64,000 nt of DNA, taken from the NCBI GenBank assembly GCA_963725215.1, contig CAVRXQ010000007.1, forward strand, positions 17,294-81,293, read 5' to 3'. Every line of letters begins with the position of its first letter. The stretch's first letter is position 1. The notes under the pieces are model-generated. The model worked only from the letters and a program-made list of their open reading frames with translations, made no database searches and was not told the DNA's origin. Source of the stretch: an uncultured Acidimicrobiaceae bacterium (GTDB taxonomy: Bacteria > Actinomycetota > Acidimicrobiia > Acidimicrobiales > Bog-793). Position numbers and translations under genes: made by a program. Shown here one piece after another: positions 26,542 to 36,256 of this stretch.

Positions 26542-27498
26542 ATGGACCTCGGCGACTTCTGTCGACGAGCCCACGTCGTCATCGTCGTCGGAAAAGGTGG
26601 CGTCGGAAAGACCGTCGTCACCGCCACCTTCGCCGAGGTCGCCCGCCGTCAGGGACTCGACGTCGGTCTCATCGTCTTGGAGGAGTCCGAAGGGCCGGGC
26701 AAGTTGTTCGATTCTTCCGGTTCCCTCACCTACGACGAAGTAGCCCTCGTGGGGAAAGATGGCGGCGCGGGTCGGATCCGGGGCCGCCTGCTTACGTCGG
26801 ACCTCGCGCTCCTCGACTACCTCTCCACCCACGGGCTGAACCGCCTCACCCAGCGGCTTCGCAGCTCGGGAGCGCTCGAGGTGGTGGCGACCGCGGTGCC
26901 CGGGCTGCCGAGCGTCTTGGTACTCGGAAAGATCCGCCAGCTGGAACAGGCCCGCGAATACGACCTGATCGTGGTCGACGCCCCGGCGACGGGGCACGCC
27001 CTTTCCTTCCTCGAGAGCGCGGGCGGACTCGCCGACGCCGCGAGATCGGGACCGCTCCACGCGCAGGCTGCCTGGGTCGCCGAGATGCTCACCGACCCGG
27101 CCCGCTGCGAGGTGATCGTCGTCACCCTGCCAGAGGAACTGCCGGTGAACGAGGCGGTCGAGACCGCCTTCGCGCTCGAGGACCGACTCGGCGTCGCCCT
27201 CGGACCGGTCGTCATCAACGCCTGCTACCCGACGTTGTACGGGCTGGACGAGGAGCCCGCCGCGGCGGCATCTCGCGCCGGGATCCCGGCACCCGAACCC
27301 GAGCTCGCCGAGCGGATGCAAAGGGCGGCGGGGTTTCGCCTCGCTCGCCAGCGAACCCAGCGCGAGGAGATCGCACGCCTTTCTGAAGGTCTTCCGCTCG
27401 CCCATCTCGAGCTGCCGTTCCTCTTCGACGGGGTCCGCGGTCCGGACCAGCTTGCGCTGCTCGCCGATGCCTTCGGACGCGAGGTCGCCTCACTGTGA
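26542..27498 (+). CDS. ArsA/Get3-like P-loop ATPase (first of pair)
   Basis: Contains VVIVVGKGGVGKTVVTA and DLIVVDAPATGHAL. Stop overlaps the next start. Confidence 0.85.
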   Translation: MDLGDFCRRAHVVIVVGKGGVGKTVVTATFAEVARRQGLDVGLIVLEESEGPGKLFDSSGSLTYDEVALVGKDGGAGRIRGRLLTSDLALLDYLSTHGLNRLTQRLRSSGALEVVATAVPGLPSVLVLGKIRQLEQAREYDLIVVDAPATGHALSFLESAGGLADAARSGPLHAQAAWVAEMLTDPARCEVIVVTLPEELPVNEAVETAFALEDRLGVALGPVVINACYPTLYGLDEEPAAAASRAGIPAPEPELAERMQRAAGFRLARQRTQREEIARLSEGLPLAHLELPFLFDGVRGPDQLALLADAFGREVASL

Positions 27499-28553
27499 GC
27501 GGCGCTCTCGAGCGACTCGCCTCCAAGCGCGCGGTCCTTTTGTGCTGCGGATCAGGAGGAGTCGGCAAGACGACGACCGCCGCGGCTCTCGGCGTCGCCG
27601 CGGCGCTCGGCGGCCGAAGGGCCTGCGTCATCACCGTCGATCCCGCGCGTCGACTCGCCGACGCGCTCGGGGGTTACGACGTCGCGAACGAGCCGATAAA
27701 GGTCGCTGGGCCGTGGCAGGGCGAGCTCAACGCGGTGATGCTCGACGCGAAGACGACCTTCGACGCGTTGATCGAGCGCTACGCGACCGACGCCGAACAG
27801 GCGCGGCGCATCCTGTCGAACCGCGTCTACCAAAACCTCGCTTCCGTGCTCTCCGGCACGCAGGAGTACATGGCGACGGAGAAACTCTTCGAACTCCATC
27901 ACTCGGGACAATTCGACCTCGTCGTCGTCGACACGCCACCGACTCGCCACGCCCTCGACTTCCTCGACGCGCCGAAGAGGCTCGAGGGGTTCTTGTCGAA
28001 CCGCCTGTTCCGCGCCGTCGTCGCGCCAAAGGGTGCCTACTTTCGCGCCGCGCACGTTGCGAGCCAGGCGCTCGTGCGCTCGATCGCCAAAGCGACCGGG
28101 GCCGAGATCGTCGACGACACGATCGCGTTCTTCCAGGCGTTCCAGGGGATGGAAGAAGGCTTCCGTGAACGCGCCGCGCGGGTGGAGAAGTTGCTCTCCG
28201 AGGACGAGACGGGCTTCATACTCGTCGCCGCGCCCCGCGTCGACGCGATCGGGGACGCGGCGTTCTTCGCCCAATCGCTCCGGACGAGGTCGTTGCGCGT
28301 CGACGCCTTGGTCGTGAACCGAATTGTTCCGGACTTCGGACCAGCTCCCCCGGGAACTTCCGACGTGGGGGAATGGGCTTCGCTCGTGGAGAACCTCGTC
28401 GACCTCGCCGAGCTACGGAGATCAGAACAGGACTCCTTCGACGGCCTCGCATCGGCGGTCGAGCCGGCTCCGGTGGTGCACGTCCCGTACTTGGAACGCG
28501 ACGTACACGACGTCGAAGGGCTCTTGCAGGTCGTTCGCTACTTCGAGTCTTGA
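27495..28553 (+). CDS. ArsA/Get3-like P-loop ATPase (second of pair)
   Basis: Contains LLCCGSGGVGKTTTAAAL, TVDPARRLADALG and VVVDTPPTRHALDFL. Confidence 0.88.
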   Translation: MSGALERLASKRAVLLCCGSGGVGKTTTAAALGVAAALGGRRACVITVDPARRLADALGGYDVANEPIKVAGPWQGELNAVMLDAKTTFDALIERYATDAEQARRILSNRVYQNLASVLSGTQEYMATEKLFELHHSGQFDLVVVDTPPTRHALDFLDAPKRLEGFLSNRLFRAVVAPKGAYFRAAHVASQALVRSIAKATGAEIVDDTIAFFQAFQGMEEGFRERAARVEKLLSEDETGFILVAAPRVDAIGDAAFFAQSLRTRSLRVDALVVNRIVPDFGPAPPGTSDVGEWASLVENLVDLAELRRSEQDSFDGLASAVEPAPVVHVPYLERDVHDVEGLLQVVRYFES

Positions 28554-28569
28554 TCTGTACCTTTTGCTC

Positions 28570-28986
28570 ATGTCACGGATCTTGATCGTCGCCGACGAGC
28601 GGGGACTGTTGAACGAGATCCGCGCGGGCACCGACGACGGGGACGGCGAGATCTTCGAAGCGCTGACCGCCAAAGAGGCCCTCAAGCTCGCGACGACTTA
28701 TGAGCCAGACCTCGTCATCGCCGACAGCCAGATCCAGTCGATGGGTGGAGTCGCGCTGGCGTTCGACCTCGTGCACGAAGAGACCGGCGGACGACTCCCG
28801 CACATCCCGTTCCTGTTGTTGCTCGACCGCCGCGCGGACGTCTTTCTCGCCAAGCGATCCGGCGTCGAGGGATTCTTGGTGAAGCCGCTCGACCCGATCC
28901 GTCTGCGCCGGGCGAAAGAGGCGCTTTTGTCGGGCGAAAGATTCGTCGACGAGTCCTTCGCGCCGCCGACAATCGCCTGGACCTGA
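28570..28986 (+). CDS. Single-domain response regulator (CheY-like receiver)
   Basis: Starts at the ATG at 28570 inside ORF 28324..28986. Contains MSRILIVADE, DLVIADSQIQSMGG and GFLVKPLDP. Confidence 0.8.
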   Translation: MSRILIVADERGLLNEIRAGTDDGDGEIFEALTAKEALKLATTYEPDLVIADSQIQSMGGVALAFDLVHEETGGRLPHIPFLLLLDRRADVFLAKRSGVEGFLVKPLDPIRLRRAKEALLSGERFVDESFAPPTIAWT

Positions 28987-28997
28987 GGCCGCCGAGG

Positions 28998-29828
28998 TTG
29001 CGGTTGCGCCGACGACTCCGCCGCCATGCCGCCGCGATCGATGCCGCGCCCTCAGAACAAGAGCTGCAAATCACGAACGGACTGCGCAGTCTCAGGGAGT
29101 CGACGGCGCGCGAGGTGATGACGCCGCGCGTCGACGTCGTCGGACTCGCGGCTCCCGTCGCGTTCTCCGACGTCGCGCGCGCCGTGCGGCGGTCGGGCCA
29201 CAGCCACTTCCCTGTCTACAAGGACGACTTCGACCACTTGCTTGGCGTGCTCTACGTGAAAGACCTCGTGAGCAGGGAGGTATCTGCGGACGAACGGGGG
29301 CGCAACGACGCGACCGTCGCCGGCGAGCAGATGAGCGAGCGCCTCAGGGAGCCTTACACCGTCCCCGAGTCGGGAGCCGCGCTCGAGATCCTCTCGGACA
29401 TGCGCCGCAAACGGCGGGGCTTCGCTGTCGTCGTCGACGAGTACGGCGGGTTCGCTGGCGTGCTCACGATCAACGACTTGGTCTCCGAGCTCGTCGGCGA
29501 CATCCACGACGAGTTCGACCGTGCGGCGAGCCCCGCGGTGATGCGCATCGACGACCGTCGGTTCTTGGTGGACGGCGCGTGTGGAGTCGACGAACTGAAC
29601 GAGGAGATCGACGTCGCGATCCCCGAGGGCGAGTACGTCACCTTGGGTGGCTATTTGCTCGACGTGCTCGGCCACATCCCAGAGGAGTCCGAGAGCGTCG
29701 AGCTCGATGGCGCGACGTACCGCATCACCCGAATGGACCGCCGGCGGATCGCGAAAGTCGTGGTTGAGGTGCCTTCAACTACGCTTGCGCCGAACGACGC
29801 CGAACATTCGGCATCGGACGGGAAGTAG
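28998..29828 (+). CDS. CBS-pair plus CorC_HlyC domain protein (CorC/TlyC-like, no DUF21 membrane domain)
   Basis: Contains REVMTPRVDV, FPVY, VVDEYGGFAGVLTINDLV, and a C-terminal transporter-associated domain (LGGYLLDVLGHIPEE, RRIAKVVV). Confidence 0.85.
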   Translation: MRLRRRLRRHAAAIDAAPSEQELQITNGLRSLRESTAREVMTPRVDVVGLAAPVAFSDVARAVRRSGHSHFPVYKDDFDHLLGVLYVKDLVSREVSADERGRNDATVAGEQMSERLREPYTVPESGAALEILSDMRRKRRGFAVVVDEYGGFAGVLTINDLVSELVGDIHDEFDRAASPAVMRIDDRRFLVDGACGVDELNEEIDVAIPEGEYVTLGGYLLDVLGHIPEESESVELDGATYRITRMDRRRIAKVVVEVPSTTLAPNDAEHSASDGK

Positions 29829-29896
29829 CGCAGCTTGGTTAGCGCGCAGCGTTCGGGACGCTGAGGTCGCGGGTTCGAATCCCGCCTTCCCGACCA
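29819..29896 (+). tRNA. tRNA-Pro (anticodon CGG), CCA encoded
   Basis: Hand-folded cloverleaf. Acceptor stem CGGGAAG/CTTCCCG, D arm GCGC..GCGC, anticodon stem CAGCG/CGCTG with loop TTCGGGA, T arm GCGGG-TTCGAAT-CCCGC, then ACCA. Confidence 0.9.
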
Positions 29897-29940
29897 CAGG
29901 TTCCACCCGAAGCCGTCCGCGCGCGAACAAAGGGAGAGCG

Positions 29941-30828
29941 ATGACCAAGCGGCTCTACGTGGCAACAAGCGCGGACGGCGTCGAGCGCACCGCCTCGGGC
30001 GAGATCGCGTGGCGACTCCCCGACGCAGCGACCGCTTCGGCCGGAGAGCCGACGTCGGCGTCTGTTTCGCTCACGCTTCGGCGCGCGGCGGGGCTCCTCG
30101 ACGCGCTCGACGAGCAGGTTTTTCGGGCCGAAGCGCTCGGTGCCGAAAAGGATCTCGGCGACCGCGTGGAGACTGCTAGCGCTCGTCTCACATCGAAAGC
30201 GCACTGGGACACGAATTCCGCGGCGCGCTTCGCGATCGACTGCGCCGAGCACGCGCTTGCGGGCGCTCAGGACGCGAGGCTTCCCGACGGCGAGGAGCTG
30301 CAAGCGGTCCTCGCCGACGCGCGGGCGGTGCTCGATCGCGACAAGACCGAAGGCGAGGAACGGCTCGGATTCCTAGCTCGCATCGCAGCAGTACGGCGCC
30401 TGAGAAAGCTGCGCGATTCGCTCTCTGATGCCGTGTTCGCGTCGACGACCGCCGACTTGGGCGAGGACCTGGACGCGGTCGACGACCCGAAGTGGGCGAC
30501 GCTTGCCGCGACACAAGAGGCGGTGCTCGCAGCGCTCGAAGCGGTCCGTCACGTCGCTATGCCGCGCTACGTGCGCTCGAGGGAAGAGGCAATCGACGAG
30601 CACCCCTCCGGCGAGCCCCCGATCTCCGGCCCGCCCATCATGACCCCGTGGGGCCCGATCTCGATCGGCGCGGAGCACGTCTCGCCGTACGAGCCGGCGT
30701 GGACCGCGGCGCGCGACGCGGCTCTGCGGGCAAGGGAAGCCGCGCGCGACGCGGGCGGCGACGAAGCACAGGCATCGGAACTCTCTTGGCAGGCCGCGCG
30801 CCTCGAAGAGGTTCTCGAAGCGAATTAA
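29941..30828 (+). CDS. Hypothetical Ala/Asp-rich helical protein
   Basis: Starts at the ATG at 29941 with AAGGGAGAG upstream, inside ORF 29647..30828. 295 aa with no signal peptide. The segment HWDTNSAARFAIDCAEHAL vaguely recalls immunity-protein-like helical repeats, but I cannot assign a family. Confidence 0.55.
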   Translation: MTKRLYVATSADGVERTASGEIAWRLPDAATASAGEPTSASVSLTLRRAAGLLDALDEQVFRAEALGAEKDLGDRVETASARLTSKAHWDTNSAARFAIDCAEHALAGAQDARLPDGEELQAVLADARAVLDRDKTEGEERLGFLARIAAVRRLRKLRDSLSDAVFASTTADLGEDLDAVDDPKWATLAATQEAVLAALEAVRHVAMPRYVRSREEAIDEHPSGEPPISGPPIMTPWGPISIGAEHVSPYEPAWTAARDAALRAREAARDAGGDEAQASELSWQAARLEEVLEAN

Positions 30829-30832
30829 GCGT

Positions 30833-31690
30833 TCAACGTCTGCGGGTATGCGCGTGTCGCAGCACGCGGACGTCGAAACCGAGACCCGACGACAAATTCG
30901 CGACGATGCCCTGCACCGGTTCGACCATCCCCGTGTTGTTCGTCGCGAGCAAGCTCGTCCTAGCGAGACCGACGGCCAAGCGGTAGGGCTTCACGTGCAG
31001 CCATTCGGCGTACGCGAAGCCGAACAGCGCGTCCGGCGGGGAGTTCGGGTCGACGAGGCGCCAGTGCTGGAGCGAGATCCGGTAGAGGTTGTATCCGGCG
31101 CCCACGTTCTCCTGGGCGACCATGACGGACCCGGTCCCCGTCTTCTCATCGACCGAACTCGACGAGACGATTGCGACGTGTCCGTCGGTGTAGGCATCGA
31201 AGCCCGGAGCGTTCGAAAAGCTGATCACATCGCCCGAGACCGGAGCGTGAGCGGTCGCACGAGGGCTGCCGTTCACGTACAACGAGGTGTTCGGATAGGC
31301 CGAGTGGTAGTTCTCGGCGACTTGTTGTCCATTCGCGAGCACCGGTGCGAGCCCGTCGGCGACGGACAAGAAGCGCTCGGCGAGCTCGACGCACTGGAAC
31401 CCCGTCGTCGCATTGAAGAAGTACCCCGTTGATCCGTACGGCCCAGGGATCGTCACGTACTGCCACGTCCCGCCGTCGTTCGGCGCCGGCCCGCAGATCG
31501 GGATGTCGGGCGACGTGCCCGTCCAACCGACGACGTTCGCTCCGTTCGACGTGCACCAGGAGGCGGTCGTGCCGACCATCGGCGACGCGCCGACTTGGGG
31601 GCTCGGACCGAGCGCGGCTGCGGCTCCGAACGCGCCGCACGCGCCGATCACCCAGCACGCGAGCGCGCGGACGAACCACCCTTCGACCAC
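30833..31690 (-). CDS. Secreted CHAP-domain peptidoglycan amidase/peptidase
   Basis: Starts at GTG 31690, preceded by GGAGGGG, and has a signal peptide VVEGWFVRALACWVIGACGAFGAAAALG. The CHAP catalytic Cys context is GFQCVELAERF and the His context is DGHVAIVSS. Confidence 0.8.
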   Translation of the reverse strand: MVEGWFVRALACWVIGACGAFGAAAALGPSPQVGASPMVGTTASWCTSNGANVVGWTGTSPDIPICGPAPNDGGTWQYVTIPGPYGSTGYFFNATTGFQCVELAERFLSVADGLAPVLANGQQVAENYHSAYPNTSLYVNGSPRATAHAPVSGDVISFSNAPGFDAYTDGHVAIVSSSSVDEKTGTGSVMVAQENVGAGYNLYRISLQHWRLVDPNSPPDALFGFAYAEWLHVKPYRLAVGLARTSLLATNNTGMVEPVQGIVANLSSGLGFDVRVLRHAHTRRR

Positions 31691-31910
31691 TGCCCCCTCC
31701 AAAAGCAAAACGGCCGCGACCTCTTCGGAGAAGCGTCGGAAGTCGCGAGCCGTGCCCGCCCAAGCAACCGCAGGACTGTAGGAAGTGGCACCCGCGTGCC
31801 GCAATATCGGTTTGATGACAATCCGATGACGGCCGCGTTCGCCCAGCTCGGAGGCGAGAACCGCTACGGTCTCGACACGCCGGGGACGCGAAAAGGAGGC
31901 CAATCAACCG

Positions 31911-33353
31911 ATGGCGAGGGCTGAGAGCCGAGGGATCACCCCTCAGAGCGAGGACTTCTCCGCCTGGTACAACGAGCTCGTCTTGAAAGCCGAGCTCGTC
32001 GATCGCGGGCCCGTGCGGGGAACGATGGTGATCCGACCGTACGGATATCGAATCTGGGAGCTCCTCGTCGCCGAGCTTGACGCGAAGATCAAGCAGACCG
32101 GTCACGAGAACGCCTACTTCCCCCTCCTCATCCCCGAGGCGCACCTCAAAAAAGAGGCCGATCACGTCGAAGGGTTCGCGCCCGAGCTCGCCGTGGTCAC
32201 CCACGCCGGCGGAGAAGACCTCGAAGAGCCGCTCGTCGTCCGGCCGACCTCGGAGACCGTCATCGGCGAGACCTACGCGCGCTGGATCGACTCGTACCGG
32301 GACCTGCCGCTGCTGATCAACCAGTGGTCGAACATCGTGCGCTGGGAGCTCCGGCCGCGGCTGTTGCTGCGGACGACGGAGTTCTTGTGGCAAGAAGGAC
32401 ATACCGCGCACGTCGACGAAGAAGATGCGACACGCGAGGTCCTCGTCGCGACGGGCTTTTACGAGGAAGTCGTCCAGGACCACTGCGCGATCCCGGTCAT
32501 CGTCGGCGACAAGACGCCGACCGAACGCTTTCCGGGGGCTGTGCGCACGGTCACGCTGGAAGCGATGATGCGCGACGGCCACGCGTTGCAAGCGGGCACA
32601 TCGCACTATCTCGGAACGAACTTCGCCGAAGCCTTCGACATCACCTACACCGGAGCCGACGGCGTGCGCACCTATTGCCACACCGCGTCGTGGGGAATGA
32701 GCACCCGCGTCCTCGGGGGGATCGTCATGGTGCACGGCGACGACCGCGGCCTGATCCTGCCCCCGCGGGTCGCGCCGCACCAGGTCGTCATCGTCCCGAT
32801 CGGAAAAGACGAGGAGTTCGAAAAGACCGCCACGGCCGGACAGATCCTCGCCGACTCGCTGAGATCAAAAGGCGTGCGAGTCCACGTCGACACCCGGTCC
32901 CACGTCAGCGCGGGCTTCAAGTTCAACGACTGGGAACTCCACGGCGTCCCGATCCGCGTCGAGCTCGGTCCCCGAGACCTCGCCTCCGATTCCGTCGTCG
33001 TCGCCAACCGCCTCGAGCACACCAAGCAGTCCGAATCGACTACGGATTTCGTCGAATCGATCTCGGATCGCCTCTCTTTGTTCCAGTCCGCGCTGTACGA
33101 ACGCGCGATCACCTACAGGGACGAGCACACAAGGCGCGTCGACAGCCTCGACGAGCTGGTCGCCGCGGTGGAGAGTGGATTCGCCTACTCCTTCCACTGC
33201 GGAGACGAGGCCTGCGAGCGTCGCTTCCAGGAACTGACCGGCGCCACGCCCCGCTGTATCCCGCGCGACGAACCGGATGCTGATGGGATCTGTCCGATCT
33301 GCGGAAAGCCCTCCGCCTACGGCAAGCGGATCGTTTTCGCCCACGCGTATTGA
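31911..33353 (+). CDS. proS: Prolyl-tRNA synthetase, archaeal/eukaryote-like short type (no INS editing domain)
   Basis: 480 aa with FSAWYNELVLKAELVD, RPTSET, FLWQEGHTAH, TSHYLG, and a C-terminal Cys cluster CIPRD..CPICGKPS ending in AY. Confidence 0.93.
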   Translation: MARAESRGITPQSEDFSAWYNELVLKAELVDRGPVRGTMVIRPYGYRIWELLVAELDAKIKQTGHENAYFPLLIPEAHLKKEADHVEGFAPELAVVTHAGGEDLEEPLVVRPTSETVIGETYARWIDSYRDLPLLINQWSNIVRWELRPRLLLRTTEFLWQEGHTAHVDEEDATREVLVATGFYEEVVQDHCAIPVIVGDKTPTERFPGAVRTVTLEAMMRDGHALQAGTSHYLGTNFAEAFDITYTGADGVRTYCHTASWGMSTRVLGGIVMVHGDDRGLILPPRVAPHQVVIVPIGKDEEFEKTATAGQILADSLRSKGVRVHVDTRSHVSAGFKFNDWELHGVPIRVELGPRDLASDSVVVANRLEHTKQSESTTDFVESISDRLSLFQSALYERAITYRDEHTRRVDSLDELVAAVESGFAYSFHCGDEACERRFQELTGATPRCIPRDEPDADGICPICGKPSAYGKRIVFAHAY

Positions 33354-33389
33354 CCCCGCGCGCGTAGATAATCCGTCAGGGATAATCCA

Positions 33390-34445
<1,056 letters not shown>

Positions 34446-34934
34446 TCAGTTCGCCTGGGCTGCCGAGAGCCCGAATGCCTCGTGCAACGCCCGCACGGCA
34501 TCGATGACCGCGTCCTCGCGCACCGTGCAGGAGATGCGGATCGGCGATGTCGAGATCATTTCGATGTTGATCTCGTTGCTGGCGAGCGCCTCGAACATTG
34601 TCGCCGTGACGCCGGGGTGGGTCTTCATGCCGGCACCCACCAGCGAGACCTGGGCGATCTTGTCATCGACGCTGATCTCGCTCCCCCCGAGTTCAGAAAG
34701 GAGCGTCTGGGCGACTTCTCTCGCCACGGCGAGCTCGCTTCGCGGGACCGTGAAGGAGATGTCACTCGTCGCGCCAATCGAGCTCGACTGCACGATCATG
34801 TCGACGTTCACCGACGCGTTCGCGAGTGCGCGAAACAGCGCGGCCGCGATGCCCGGACGGTCCCGGATCCCGCTCACGGTGATGCGCGCCTCGGTCGCAT
34901 CGCTCGTGACCGCGGAGACGATCGGCTGTTCCAT
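34446..34934 (-). CDS. lysC: Aspartate kinase beta subunit from an in-frame internal start (nested)
   Basis: An internal ATG at 34934 ([20 protein letters not shown]) is preceded by GAGGAGGA 8 nt upstream. The same arrangement is described for Corynebacterium and Mycobacterium lysC. Confidence 0.6.
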   Translation of the reverse strand: MEQPIVSAVTSDATEARITVSGIRDRPGIAAALFRALANASVNVDMIVQSSSIGATSDISFTVPRSELAVAREVAQTLLSELGGSEISVDDKIAQVSLVGAGMKTHPGVTATMFEALASNEINIEMISTSPIRISCTVREDAVIDAVRALHEAFGLSAAQAN

Positions 34935-35672
34935 TGAAGGATCCTCCTCGGTAATCCAGGTTCCAGGTTCCCAGGTGAACGACGAGCGCACATGGACCGG
35001 GACGTGGTGGTTGCGCGCGAACTCAACGGAGCGGTGTGAAAGCACCCGCGCCCCTGTCGAGGAGATCTCGAGCATCTCTTCGAACGAGACACGAGGGAGC
35101 CGCCGCGCACTCGGCACAATGCGCGGGTCGGCGGTGAACACTCCCGAGACGTCCGTGTAGATCTCACAGCGGTCGGCGTCGAGCGCGGCGGCCAGCGCGA
35201 CCGCGGTCGTGTCAGAGCCCCCGCGGCCAAGCGTCGTCACGTCGCGGTCCATCGACACACCTTGAAAACCGGCGATGACGGGAACCGTCCCGCGCTTCAA
35301 CGCCTCGCGAATGCGATCCGCGCGCACCTCGACGATCTTCGCGTTCGTGTGCGAAGTGTCGGTGATGATGCCCGCCTGGCTTCCGGTGAACGACGCCGCC
35401 TGGACATCAAGGTTCGCGAGCGCCATGCACAGAAGCGACATCGAGATGCGCTCACCGGCGGTGAGCAACATGTCGAGCTCGCGGCCCGGTTGGATCGTCG
35501 AGACTTCTTCGGCGAGCCGGATCAAGTCATCGGTCGTCTTCCCCATCGCCGAGACCACGACGACGGGGACGTCTCCTTGGCTCCTCGTCCACGCGACGTG
35601 ATTTGCGACCTCTCGGATTCGATCTGCATCCGCGATCGAAGTCCCCCCGAACTTCTGGACGACGATCGGCAT
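34446..35672 (-). CDS. lysC: Aspartate kinase (alpha subunit reading frame)
   Basis: Contains [17 protein letters not shown], and two C-terminal ACT domains. Confidence 0.95.
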   Translation of the reverse strand: MPIVVQKFGGTSIADADRIREVANHVAWTRSQGDVPVVVVSAMGKTTDDLIRLAEEVSTIQPGRELDMLLTAGERISMSLLCMALANLDVQAASFTGSQAGIITDTSHTNAKIVEVRADRIREALKRGTVPVIAGFQGVSMDRDVTTLGRGGSDTTAVALAAALDADRCEIYTDVSGVFTADPRIVPSARRLPRVSFEEMLEISSTGARVLSHRSVEFARNHHVPVHVRSSFTWEPGTWITEEDPSMEQPIVSAVTSDATEARITVSGIRDRPGIAAALFRALANASVNVDMIVQSSSIGATSDISFTVPRSELAVAREVAQTLLSELGGSEISVDDKIAQVSLVGAGMKTHPGVTATMFEALASNEINIEMISTSPIRISCTVREDAVIDAVRALHEAFGLSAAQAN

Positions 35673-35730
35673 GAATCAAAGTTACTTGTGTCTACCTGCA
35701 CAACTTTGCCGATACGAGTCGCTCAGCTCC

Positions 35731-36201
35731 TCAGAGAGGCTTTCGCATCTGGATCGAGACCTCCCCGTAGCCGAGCGAGCGGTAGAGGGACCGGGCGATG
35801 TCGTTGTCGCCAAAGACGTTGAGACCGAGGGTCGTGGCCCCGTGATCGCGGGCAACCGACTCGGCCAGCAGCATCGCCTCACGCCCGAGGCCGCGGCCGC
35901 GCTTTTCCTCGTCGATCTCGACGTAGTAGATCCACCATCGATCCACTTCTCCTTCAGCGGGTCCGAGCCACAACGCCCCGACGTCATCTCCGTCGACGAC
36001 GACGTGTCCGACGTAGTGGCCCTCGGCGAGCTTGCCCCCAGGAAACACCAGGGAGTCCGACTGTCCGGCGTGCGACCTCGCTTGTTCCTTGGACATCCCG
36101 GACGCTTCGAGCTCTGCCGTAAATCTCGCCAACATCGACGCGTGGTACGCCTCGATCTCGTCGCGCTCGAATGGCCGGAAGCTCACGTCTCGTCGGTCCA
36201 C
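35731..36201 (-). CDS. GNAT family N-acetyltransferase (start uncertain: 36201 GTG or 36258 ATG)
   Basis: Contains VEIDEEKRGRGLGREAMLLAE and RSLYRSLGY. The ATG at 36258 would overlap the divergent cyclophilin start by 2 nt, so the internal GTG at 36201, with GGAGA upstream, is preferred. Confidence 0.75.
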   Translation of the reverse strand: MDRRDVSFRPFERDEIEAYHASMLARFTAELEASGMSKEQARSHAGQSDSLVFPGGKLAEGHYVGHVVVDGDDVGALWLGPAEGEVDRWWIYYVEIDEEKRGRGLGREAMLLAESVARDHGATTLGLNVFGDNDIARSLYRSLGYGEVSIQMRKPL

Positions 36202-36256
36202 ATCCAATTGTCTCCGACTCGTCAACTCCTTCGTGCGACCAGTACCTTGTTGCGCC

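Noticed and set aside
31691-31910. Possible cyclic-di-AMP (ydaO-type) riboswitch in the 220-nt leader of the CHAP cell-wall hydrolase gene, as is common for actinobacterial hydrolases.
   Set aside because: I read the reverse complement and did not find the conserved blocks as I recall them (GGGGACCCA, GGGGUGAAUC, CAGCUxACCUCGUA). A covariance-model scan would be the decisive check.
29897-31910. Genomic islet integrated at tRNA-Pro.
   Set aside because: There is no direct repeat of the tRNA 3' end, no integrase, and no compositional break that I could see.
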